Part shown: piece by piece, positions 1 to 8,491 of the stretch
Layout: every line of letters starts with the position of its first letter
Position numbering within the stretch: the first letter of the stretch is position 1
NCBI GenBank assembly: GCA_040757115.1
Contig: JBFLYA010000002.1
Location: forward strand, 1-59,479
Source of the DNA: a bacterium
GTDB taxonomy: Bacteria > UBA9089 > CG2-30-40-21 > SBAY01
DNA: 59,479 bases
Direction: 5' to 3'
Notes under the pieces: model-generated
The model's input: the letters and a program-made list of their open reading frames with translations, nothing else
The model's database searches: none
Told to the model about the DNA's origin: nothing
Translations under genes and position numbers: made by a program

Positions 1-13
1 CTTTGCTTCATTT

Positions 14-205
14 AATGTCCCATAGGGACAACATATTGGTAGAAATAAATATCATACAAATAATGTCCCATAGGGACAACATATTGGTAGAAATAAATAT
101 CATACAAATAATGTCCCATAGGGACAACATATTGGTAGAAATAAATATCATACAAATAATGTCCCATAGGGACAATATATTGGTAGAATTTTTCCACAAA
201 TTTTC
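14..205. repeat. 48-bp tandem repeat, about 4 copies; unit aatgtcccatagggacaacatattggtagaaataaatatcatacaaat
   Basis: The aatg phase recurs at 14/62/110/158, an exact 48-bp period. Units are near-identical and each carries the palindrome tgtcccatagggaca. The last unit runs into the dispersed element listed next. Confidence 0.95.
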
Positions 206-340
206 TACCAATATATCGTTCCTACGGAACTGATTGATTTGTCTATCTATTCCTACCGATATTATGTTCCTAACGGAACGATTATTCTCATGCCTTATTT
301 ATGGGTATTATCCTATGTAGACTTCCAGTTAATAACCGCT
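158..340 (+). repeat. Dispersed hairpin-rich element, copy A (uninterrupted)
   Basis: Contains four small hairpins: tgtcccatagggaca, tggtagaa..ttctacca, gttcctacggaac and gttcctaacggaac. It is near-identical to 40154-40175 plus 40424-40585. A diverged partial copy lies near 6775-6850. Confidence 0.85.
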
Positions 341-464
341 GTAATTGTTTTTAAGCCTTTTTAAACACCGAAAAACGCGAAAAACACGAAAAAAAGATAT
401 TTTTCTCTCTGTTTCTCTGCGTCTCTGCGGTAAAGGATTACCTGAACGGTTACAATAAAACTCA

Positions 465-493
465 TTGACAATAAATATTCATTATGATATAAT
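465..493 (+). promoter_or_regulatory. Sigma-70-type promoter upstream of secA
   Basis: TTGACA (465-470), 17-nt spacer, TATAAT (488-493), preceded by TGa (extended -10). GGAGGAAGG RBS at 499-507; ATG at 515. Confidence 0.75.
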
Positions 494-514
494 AAACAGA
501 GGAGGAAGGGAAAG

Positions 515-3088
515 ATGTTTGGGAGTTTATTAAAAAAGATTTTTGGGACTAAAAAAGAGCGGGATTTTCGTCGGCTAATGCCTTTAGCTGAAGAAATTAC
601 TGCATTAGAACCAGCAATTACTCAATTATCTGATGCCCAGTTACAGGCAAAAACAGATGAATTTAAAAAAAGATTAGCCGAGGGCGAAACATTGGAAGAT
701 ATTTTATTCGAGGCATTTGCCGTGGTGCGTGAAGTTGGGAAACGCACCATTAATATGCGACATTTTGATGTGCAATTAATTGGTGGGATAGTCTTACACG
801 AAGGTAAAATTGCCGAGATGAAAACAGGTGAAGGGAAAACTTTAGTCGCCACTCTACCCGCATACCTGAACGCATTGACAGGCAAAGGCGTCCATATCGT
901 TACGGTTAATGATTATTTAGCCAAAAGAGACCGCGAATGGATGGGACCAATCTACGAATTTTTAGGTCTTAGCGTAGGGGTCATTCAGCATGATTTGAAT
1001 TTTCGAGAGCGACAACAGGCTTATAGCTGTGATATTACCTACGGCACAAATAATGAGTTTGGTTTTGATTACCTCCGAGATAATATGGTTGGACATAAAG
1101 ACCTGAAGGTGCAACGAGGCCATTATTTTGCCATTGTGGACGAGGTAGATTCTATATTAATCGATGAGGCAAGAACACCACTTATTATCTCAGGCCCAGC
1201 CGAAGAATCTACGGATAAATACTATAAAGTTGATAAAATTATCCCTTACCTTCGTAAGGAAACTGATTATCAGGTTGATGAAAAACTTCGCACGGCTAAT
1301 TTAACTGAAGAAGGGGTAACAAAGGTAGAAAAATTACTTAAGGTAAAAAATCTTTATGAACCGAGTAATATAGATTTATCCCATCATGTTGTTCAGGCAC
1401 TAAAAGCCCATACATTATTCCAGCGAGATGTCGAGTATATGGTTAAAGATGGTGAAGTGGTAATTATAGACGAATTTACTGGTCGGTTGATGCCCGGTCG
1501 CAGATACTCAGAAGGACTTCATCAAGCCCTTGAGGCAAAAGAGGCTCTCCGCGTCAGACAGGAAAATCAAACCCTGGCTACGATTACCTTCCAGAATTAC
1601 TTCCGAATGTATGAAAAATTAGCCGGAATGACCGGAACAGCAGATACAGAGGCAGAAGAATTTGATAAGATTTATAAATTAGAAGTAGTCGTTATTCCAA
1701 CTAATAAATCCCTGATTCGCACCGAGTATCCGGATGTTATTTATAAAACAGAAAAAGCGAAATTCAAAGCCGTTATTCAGGAAATCGTAGAGTTATATAA
1801 AGCCGGCAGACCGGTGTTGGTCGGAACTATCTCTGTAGAAAAGTCAGAACGGCTCAGTGCCCTGCTAAAAAAAGAGGCTATCCCTCATCAGGTGCTTAAT
1901 GCTAAATATCATGAAATGGAGGCACACATAGTTGCCCAGGCTGGACATAAAAAAGCAGTAACTATTGCCACAAATATGGCTGGTAGAGGAACAGATATTG
2001 TCCTTGGCGGTAATCCACCAGATCCAAAAGAACACGATGAAGTCGTCAAATCAGGCGGGTTACATATTCTCGGTACTGAGCGGCATGAATCAAGAAGAAT
2101 TGATAACCAACTTCGGGGTCGGGCTGGAAGACAGGGAGACCCAGGCTCATCTAAATTTTATCTTTCATTAGAAGATGATTTGATGCGAATATTTGGTTCT
2201 GAGAAAATTCAAGGGATTATGGAAACTCTGGGGTTAGGAGAAGACGATGTGATTGAACATCCCTGGATTACTACCGCAATTGAACGAGCCCAAAAACAGG
2301 TGGAAGGCCATAATTTTGACATCCGGAAAAGATTATTAGAATTCGATGATGTCATGAATCAGCAAAGAACCATTATTTATCAAGAAAGGGATAGAATTTT
2401 AAACGAAGAAAGTATCTCAGAACATATCCAGGAAATAATTGATGAAGTTATGGATGACACCATTTATTCTTACGCTAATGAAAAAGACCATCCCAGTGAT
2501 TGGAATAAAGAGGGTTTAATGAATGGATTATATCAAGTTTTTGGGATAATAATGGACTTAAGTAATGTGCAAAACTTTGATGACCTGAAAGAAATGGTAA
2601 CTTCCACAATTAAAGAGGTCTATAAAGAAAGAGAGGATTTAATTGGAAAAGAACAGATGGACCAACTTCAACGAAGCATTATGCTTCATGTGCTTGATGC
2701 CCATTGGAAAGACCATCTCCATAATATGGACTATCTTCGCGAAGGAATTAATTTACGCGCCTATGGACAAAAAGACCCATTAGTTGAATATCGGCATGAA
2801 AGCTATCGAATGTTTGACGCATTAATTGTCAAGGTTAAAGAGGAGGCAGTCGGATACCTCTTTAAAGTTCAAATAGTGGCAAACCCTGTCCTCCAGCAAA
2901 GACCTGTTCAAATGGTAGAAAGAAGAGAAACCATCCCGACAAAACATCCCCAAAAGCAAAAAGAAATACCAATAATAGAAGAAAAACATAAACTGGGCAG
3001 AAATGACCCCTGTCCTTGTGGCAGTGGCAAGAAATACAAAAAATGCTGTCTGGAAAAGGGTAACCGTTCAGGTGGTAATTTACCGTAG
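515..3088 (+). CDS. secA: Preprotein translocase ATPase SecA
   Basis: 857-aa ORF with [39 protein letters not shown] and the C-terminal zinc motif [13 protein letters not shown]. The last ~9 codons (NRSGGNLP) lie inside a dispersed inverted-repeat element starting at 3059. Confidence 0.97.
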   Translation: MFGSLLKKIFGTKKERDFRRLMPLAEEITALEPAITQLSDAQLQAKTDEFKKRLAEGETLEDILFEAFAVVREVGKRTINMRHFDVQLIGGIVLHEGKIAEMKTGEGKTLVATLPAYLNALTGKGVHIVTVNDYLAKRDREWMGPIYEFLGLSVGVIQHDLNFRERQQAYSCDITYGTNNEFGFDYLRDNMVGHKDLKVQRGHYFAIVDEVDSILIDEARTPLIISGPAEESTDKYYKVDKIIPYLRKETDYQVDEKLRTANLTEEGVTKVEKLLKVKNLYEPSNIDLSHHVVQALKAHTLFQRDVEYMVKDGEVVIIDEFTGRLMPGRRYSEGLHQALEAKEALRVRQENQTLATITFQNYFRMYEKLAGMTGTADTEAEEFDKIYKLEVVVIPTNKSLIRTEYPDVIYKTEKAKFKAVIQEIVELYKAGRPVLVGTISVEKSERLSALLKKEAIPHQVLNAKYHEMEAHIVAQAGHKKAVTIATNMAGRGTDIVLGGNPPDPKEHDEVVKSGGLHILGTERHESRRIDNQLRGRAGRQGDPGSSKFYLSLEDDLMRIFGSEKIQGIMETLGLGEDDVIEHPWITTAIERAQKQVEGHNFDIRKRLLEFDDVMNQQRTIIYQERDRILNEESISEHIQEIIDEVMDDTIYSYANEKDHPSDWNKEGLMNGLYQVFGIIMDLSNVQNFDDLKEMVTSTIKEVYKEREDLIGKEQMDQLQRSIMLHVLDAHWKDHLHNMDYLREGINLRAYGQKDPLVEYRHESYRMFDALIVKVKEEAVGYLFKVQIVANPVLQQRPVQMVERRETIPTKHPQKQKEIPIIEEKHKLGRNDPCPCGSGKKYKKCCLEKGNRSGGNLP

Positions 3089-3314
3089 AGACGCAGAGAA
3101 ACAGAGAAGACATGGAAATAAATCAGATCACAGAAAAGATTATTGAGGTAATCTTTGTAATACATAGGACATCAAAACCAAATTTGTTAATCAATCATGA
3201 TATGTCAGTCCTAAAAAGTTTGCTCTGATGAAAATCAGAGATGGAATGAAACGTATGACAAATAGTTTTTAATTTTTTTCTCTGCGTCTCTGCGTCTCTG
3301 CGGTGAACGGTTAC
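3059..3314 (+). pseudogene. Internally deleted GxxExxY-family gene remnant bounded by inverted repeats
   Basis: Left end: ggtaaccgttca..ccgtagagacgcagaga. Right end: tctctgcgtctctgcggtgaacggttac, its reverse complement. Inside, 3112-3272 reads MEINQITEKIIEVIFVIHR (N-terminal signature) and, in another frame, DGMKRMTNSF* (C-terminal signature). The core of the protein is missing. Confidence 0.6.
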
Positions 3315-3355
3315 GGAAAAGGCAACTGTTTAAATGTCCGTGTAAATAAGGGAAA

Positions 3356-3919
3356 ATGAAAACTGATTTAAGAAAGGCAATCTTAGCCAGAAGAGATTTG
3401 TTAACTATCCAGGAGATAACCGCAAAAAGTTTTAAGATAAAAGGAAGGCTTTTTGATTTAGCAGAATTTAAAGAGTCAGCCTTTGTCTGTTTTTATGTCT
3501 CTTTTAAAAGTGAAGTCCAGACACATCAGATGATTAAAGAGACATTAATGCTGAATAAAAAAGTTGCGGTGCCAATCGTCGAACGAAACAAAAGTTTATC
3601 TCTTTGTGAATTAAAGGATTTTGATAAAGAGCTGGAAGTCGGTAAATTTGGAATTTTAGAGTCAAAACTTGAATATCGAAGACCGGTAGATTTATCAAAA
3701 GTAAAGTTAGTGATTGTTCCGGGGGTAGTTTTTGATAAAAACGGCAATCGCATTGGTTATGGAGGAGGCTATTACGATAATTTATTAAGCAAGATGTGCG
3801 GTATTCCTTTTATTGGTTTAGCATATGAATTGCAAATTGTGAATGATGTGCCTGCAGAAGACCGAGATATCCCGGTGCATAAAATTATTACGGAAAACAG
3901 AGTTATAAATAGGACATAA
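3356..3919 (+). CDS. 5-formyltetrahydrofolate cyclo-ligase
   Basis: 187 aa with a GYGGGYYD motif; size and layout are typical of the MTHFS family. Confidence 0.85.
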   Translation: MKTDLRKAILARRDLLTIQEITAKSFKIKGRLFDLAEFKESAFVCFYVSFKSEVQTHQMIKETLMLNKKVAVPIVERNKSLSLCELKDFDKELEVGKFGILESKLEYRRPVDLSKVKLVIVPGVVFDKNGNRIGYGGGYYDNLLSKMCGIPFIGLAYELQIVNDVPAEDRDIPVHKIITENRVINRT

Positions 3920-3929
3920 AGGAGAGAAT

Positions 3930-4400
3930 ATGTCTAAATTAACCCATTTTGACAAACAGGGACAACCCAGGATGGTTGATGTCAGTCAGAAGGATGTAAC
4001 TTCACGAATAGCCATCGCCAGAGCAAAGGTTTTGATGAAAAAAGAAACTATTGAGCTCATTTGTAATAAAAAGATACAAAAAGGCGATGTATTAAGTGTT
4101 GCCGCAACTGCCGGGATTTTAGCCGCTAAAAAAACATCCGAATTAATCCCTATGTGTCATCCATTAATGATAGAATCTGCTGATATTAGGTTTAATCTAA
4201 ATGAGACTGACATAGAAATAGAGGCACAGGTTACTGTCTGGGCTAAAACAGGCGTAGAAATGGAGGTTTTAACCGCAGTTTCTATTGCCGCCTTGACTAT
4301 CTATGATATGTGTAAGTCCGTTGACCGCGAAATGACTATTTCAGAGATACAATTGATTAAAAAAGCAGGCGGTAAAAGCGGAATATGGAAAAGGATATAA
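3930..4400 (+). CDS. moaC: Cyclic pyranopterin monophosphate synthase MoaC
   Basis: 156 aa with [22 protein letters not shown] and [34 protein letters not shown] lies just upstream. Confidence 0.93.
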   Translation: MSKLTHFDKQGQPRMVDVSQKDVTSRIAIARAKVLMKKETIELICNKKIQKGDVLSVAATAGILAAKKTSELIPMCHPLMIESADIRFNLNETDIEIEAQVTVWAKTGVEMEVLTAVSIAALTIYDMCKSVDREMTISEIQLIKKAGGKSGIWKRI

Positions 4401-4441
4401 AAAACACCTTATTTTATCAAGATGGATATTCATAAGGAATA

Positions 4442-5260
4442 ATGCTAATGGCGAATAAAAATTTACCTATTGGTATCTTTGACTCTGGAGTTGGTGGGTT
4501 GACGGTAGCGGCTGAAATAATGAAAACCTTACCTTCAGAAGATATAATCTATTTTGGTGATTTAGCCCGAACCCCTTATGGCTCAAAATCTCAAGAAACT
4601 GTCCGCAGATTTTCCCTTGAGATTGCTAACTTTCTTATCGAACAGCAGGTGAAAATGATTGTCGTTGCCTGTAATACTGCATCATCTTTAGCCTTAGGTG
4701 TATTAAAAGAAAGATTTAGCCTGCCAATTATCGGTGTCATCCAGGCTGGTGTTTTGAAGGCAATAAAGATAAGTCGGTCTAAAAGAATAGGTGTGATTGG
4801 CACTCAAGCTACCATTTCCAGCAATGCCTACCTTGAGGCAATTAAAGCCATAGACCCCACCATTCAGGTCACAAATCAACCCTGCCCTTTATTTGTGCCA
4901 TTAGTAGAAGAAGGTTGGTTTGAACATAAAGTAACTAAATTAGTGGCACAAGACTATTTTACCCCATTAAAAAACAATCAAATAGACACACTAATTTTAG
5001 GCTGCACACATTATCCATTCTTAAAAAACATCTTACAAGAAATTATGGGGAATGAAGTCGTATTGGTTGATTCCGCAATTGAAGTTGCCTTCCAGACAAA
5101 AAAGGTATTAGAGGAAAATAACTTACTTTGTAACCAAAATCCTACCCCTGTCTATAAATTTTATGTCAGCGACGCCTCTTCAAAATTTGTCGAAATAGGT
5201 AAAAGATTATTAGGTGAAAAAATTGGGGTAGTAAAGCAGGTTGAAATAGGAACTATGTAA
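4442..5260 (+). CDS. murI: Glutamate racemase MurI
   Basis: Motifs IGIFDSGVGGLTV, VACNTAS and LGCTHYP. The second ATG at 4448 has better spacing to AAGGA (4434-4438) and may be the true start. Confidence 0.93.
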   Translation: MLMANKNLPIGIFDSGVGGLTVAAEIMKTLPSEDIIYFGDLARTPYGSKSQETVRRFSLEIANFLIEQQVKMIVVACNTASSLALGVLKERFSLPIIGVIQAGVLKAIKISRSKRIGVIGTQATISSNAYLEAIKAIDPTIQVTNQPCPLFVPLVEEGWFEHKVTKLVAQDYFTPLKNNQIDTLILGCTHYPFLKNILQEIMGNEVVLVDSAIEVAFQTKKVLEENNLLCNQNPTPVYKFYVSDASSKFVEIGKRLLGEKIGVVKQVEIGTM

Positions 5261-5488
5261 GATAAAGCCGCAACCTGTTTAGCGTGGTCAGAGAACAAAA
5301 GGGAAAGTATTGAGTTATTACAAAACTATTTGAAATACAATAAGTTTTGTAATACAAAATTAAAAATTAAATATTAAAATGCAAAATGACATATCAAATA
5401 TCATATCAAAAATCAAAGAGCAAATATCAAAATTAAGGAATTCTTTTATTCTTATTTTTGATTTTTAATATTTAATATTTGATTTTTT

Positions 5489-5725
5489 GTAACCGTTCAG
5501 GCTATATATCAAAAGTGTAAGAAAGGGGATAAGGAGATAAGAGTGATATGGAGATAAGATAATAGAAATAGATTGAAATTTATAGAAATAGGTAGAAATT
5601 GATTGTGGAAAACAACAAATTTCCATAAATTTCTATTAGTTTCTATTAATTTCAATTTTTTTAATAATATCTCCCTATCTCCTTAATCTCCACATCTCCT
5701 TTTGTTACACCACCTGAACGCTTAC
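5489..5725. repeat. Non-coding inverted-repeat element with 13-bp TIR gtaaccgttcagg / cctgaacgcttac
   Basis: The TIR pair brackets nested low-complexity inverted repeats: ggggataaggagataag..cttaatctccacatctcc and aatagaaatagattgaaattt..aaatttctattagtttctatt. No ORF. The 39624-39826 element has the same TIR. Confidence 0.7.
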
Positions 5726-5907
5726 CAGAAAAGATTATTGAGGTAATCATTGTCATACATAGGACATCAAAACCAAATTATTAATCAATCATGAGATGTC
5801 GGGCCTCAAAAGCTTGCTCTGATGAAAATCAGGAATGGAATGAAGCGTATGGTAAATAGTTTTTAATTTTTTCTCTGCGTCTCTGTGTCTCTGCGGTGAA
5901 CGGTTAC
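5726..5907 (+). pseudogene. Second copy of the internally deleted GxxExxY remnant
   Basis: About 90% identical to 3130-3314 by eye. Carries EKIIEVIIVIHR, NGMKRMVNSF* and the right IR tctctgtgtctctgcggtgaacggttac. The left IR is replaced by the 5489-5725 element. Confidence 0.6.
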
Positions 5908-5915
5908 GAATTTTT

Positions 5916-6725
5916 TTATAAGACCGCAATGACAATTTTAACCTTATCTGCCTCTTTTATCACCGCATCTTTATTTACAATTAATACCTTTTCTGACTCT
6001 AGGGCTAAAACCGTTGCTTTTGCCTTAATCATTGTTTTAATCGTTGAAATACCAACTGTGGGAATATCAAATCGAATATCATGGTCAGATTTAGATGTTT
6101 TAGCCACAACTAATCCCTCTTGACCAAAACTACCAGCCCTTAAAATTGTCTCATCCGTGCCTTCTATTGCCTCTACAGCTAAAACCACTCTATCTTTGAC
6201 AACAACTGACTGGCCAATGTTTAGAGAGGCAATACTTTTCGCCATCAAAAGACCATATTCAATATCGAGCCATTGCTCTTGTGTTGGCTGCATCCGGGTT
6301 AATATGCCTTTTTGAGCTAATAAATCTGACAGATATTGCCTTTGGTCCAAAACCAAAAGACCATCATTTGCAAGTTCATCTATTATTGCTTTCATAATGG
6401 CGTTATCATCTCTGGCTTTTAATTTAGACAATAGACCAATTGCTCTATTGTCTAACTTTGATTTATCAAAGATTATTTCTTTATCAACCTTACCAATCAT
6501 AAAAATCTCTTTTATGCCTTCTTGAATTAATGTCTCAATTATTGTCTGCATCTGACCAATTTCAAAGGAATAGAATTTATTGGCAATTGCCTGCAGTTCA
6601 TTTTGTTCATCTTTAACCAGGCTAATGATAACAAGTTCAATATTTTGTTTTTTTATTTGTTGAGCTAAAATCACAGGTAAATTACCTCTGCCAGTAATCA
6701 GTCCCATCTTTTTATGAGAAACCAA
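5916..6725 (-). CDS. lpxI: LpxI-family protein (UDP-2,3-diacylglucosamine hydrolase, DUF1009)
   Basis: Motifs MGLITGRGNLP, GQSVVVKDRVVLAVEAIEGTDETILRAG and DIRFDIPTVG. The track start is TTG at 6725; ATG at 6707 is an alternative. Confidence 0.8.
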   Translation of the reverse strand: MVSHKKMGLITGRGNLPVILAQQIKKQNIELVIISLVKDEQNELQAIANKFYSFEIGQMQTIIETLIQEGIKEIFMIGKVDKEIIFDKSKLDNRAIGLLSKLKARDDNAIMKAIIDELANDGLLVLDQRQYLSDLLAQKGILTRMQPTQEQWLDIEYGLLMAKSIASLNIGQSVVVKDRVVLAVEAIEGTDETILRAGSFGQEGLVVAKTSKSDHDIRFDIPTVGISTIKTMIKAKATVLALESEKVLIVNKDAVIKEADKVKIVIAVL

Positions 6726-6933
6726 CTAAACCACCATCCTTTCTAAATACGGTATGTATAATATTTTAAAGGTTCCTATCAATATGTGGTTTCTACGGAA
6801 TTGGTTGATTGTCTATGGTTTTCTACCAATATTATCTTCCTCACTAACTTTATACTTTCAAAAAATCCAATCTTCCCCTTCCTACACTTCATTTGGGCAA
6901 AATAATTACTTTATTTTTTATTAAAGAAAACTG

Positions 6934-7377
6934 GTGATTATGCCGATTATATATATTATGCGAGAAAGTGGCTTTATTTTTATTTGCGGCGCAATCTTTT
7001 ATCTTTGCGTTACCTTAAATTATCCTATTCTGGATATATTACTTAATCCGGCTAAAGCGGCCAATAATAGACCCATTAACTTAAAATGTGACGACTTACT
7101 CCTTACTTCTACTGTCAAAACTCATCAGTGGCAAATAACTCCAGTAAAGAATCAATCTGAAAAATCAAATTCCGTAAACTCCCCTCAAAAAACTAATCCT
7201 ATCCTTCAGCAGGAGAAAAAAACTTTCATAACTCATATTGTTAAACCAGGGGATACCTTATACAAGATTTCAAATAAATATAATGTTTCTCCAGGAACTA
7301 TTTGTAAATTAAATAAGTTAAAAGGAAATAGCATCCTTTCTGTTGGGATGGAATTAAAGATAGTGAATAGAAGTTAG
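6934..7377 (+). CDS. Membrane-anchored LysM-domain protein
   Basis: N-terminal hydrophobic segment. The C-terminal HIVKPGDTLYKISNKYNVSPGTICKLNKLKGNSILSVGMELKI matches the LysM pattern. Confidence 0.75.
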   Translation: MIMPIIYIMRESGFIFICGAIFYLCVTLNYPILDILLNPAKAANNRPINLKCDDLLLTSTVKTHQWQITPVKNQSEKSNSVNSPQKTNPILQQEKKTFITHIVKPGDTLYKISNKYNVSPGTICKLNKLKGNSILSVGMELKIVNRS

Positions 7378-7534
7378 AAAGTAACTATTCAGCCACAGAT
7401 GGACACGGATGAAACACTGAAAATTCGTAATCCGTGTTCGTAATTAGGCTGAAGGCTTTTCCTCCTATTATCCTCTGCCTTCTGCCCTCTGCCTTCTGCC
7501 CTCTGCCCTCTGTATTTATCCGTGCTAATCCGTG

Positions 7535-8401
7535 TTAATCAGTGGTTGATAAATCTTTGATTACTGCCTTTCGCATTATCTCAACTGGTGCTTTTTTACC
7601 TGTCCACATCTCAAATGCGAGTGCTCCTTGATGAACCAACATTCCGAGCCCATTTTGTGTTTTGCATCCTTTTTCGCGGGCTACTTTAAGAAGCAGGGTT
7701 TGAACTGGTTTGTAGATGATGTCATAAACTACCTGCCGGGAAGAAAGCCAATCTGGATTAATTAATAAGGGGTCATTTCTCGACATACCACAGGGTGTCG
7801 CATTGATGAGTATATCGCTATCTTTAATATTATCTTCAAATTCTTTATCTTCTAATCTCACGGTCTCAATACATAATTTGGGAAAATAATGTTTAATCTG
7901 TGTCGTGAGTGTTTCTGCCTTAACCACATCTTTATCCATAAAAGTTATTCTTTTGATTCCTGATTTAGCCAATGAGAAGCCGATTGCCCGTGCCGCTCCG
8001 CCGGCACCTAAAATAAAAACCTTTTTATCCGCAGGGTCAACATTCATCTCTTCGATAAGTGAGGCAACAAATCCCTTCCCATCCGTATTATCTCCAATTA
8101 GTTTTCCGTCATCCACACAAATAGTATTTACTGCTCCAATTAAACCTGCCTCATAGGAAAACTTATCTAAATACTTCATTACCACTTCTTTGTAAGGTAT
8201 GGTTACATTTGCTCCAGAAATATTTAAGCCTAACAAACCATTAATGGCTAAATTCAGGTTTTCTGGTTTGACTTTAAATGGTAGATAGACAAAGTTCAGG
8301 TTTAATTCTTTAAATGCGGCATTATGCATCAGGGGGGATAAGGTATAATCTATGGGATAACCAATTAATCCAACTATCTTTGTTAAGGCGTTGATATTCA
8401 T
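7535..8401 (-). CDS. aroE: Shikimate dehydrogenase AroE
   Basis: Motifs SPLMHNAAF, GANVTIPYK, NTDGKGF and GAGGAARA. The last codons (STTD*) fall in a dispersed repeat (ttaatcagtggttga). Confidence 0.93.
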   Translation of the reverse strand: MNINALTKIVGLIGYPIDYTLSPLMHNAAFKELNLNFVYLPFKVKPENLNLAINGLLGLNISGANVTIPYKEVVMKYLDKFSYEAGLIGAVNTICVDDGKLIGDNTDGKGFVASLIEEMNVDPADKKVFILGAGGAARAIGFSLAKSGIKRITFMDKDVVKAETLTTQIKHYFPKLCIETVRLEDKEFEDNIKDSDILINATPCGMSRNDPLLINPDWLSSRQVVYDIIYKPVQTLLLKVAREKGCKTQNGLGMLVHQGALAFEMWTGKKAPVEIMRKAVIKDLSTTD

Positions 8402-8491
8402 TTTTGTTTCTCGGCTCGGGGTATAAATTGGGATATATCAATTGAGCAGACAAAGCAGTGGTAACTTATTTTCTTCTTAACCTTTTCTCCT

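Noticed and set aside
1-233. Possible CRISPR array, or real ORFs (3-233 plus, 8-211 and 12-197 minus), in the 48-bp periodic region
   Set aside because: The units are contiguous and essentially identical, so there are no unique spacers. A 48-bp period is too short for repeat plus spacer, and no cas genes are present. The three overlapping ORFs on both strands are periodic translations of the tandem repeat.
5896-6123. 75-aa plus-strand ORF at the 3' end of lpxI
   Set aside because: It is antisense to the LpxI-family ORF, which carries strong family motifs. It begins inside the gtgaacggttac repeat terminus.
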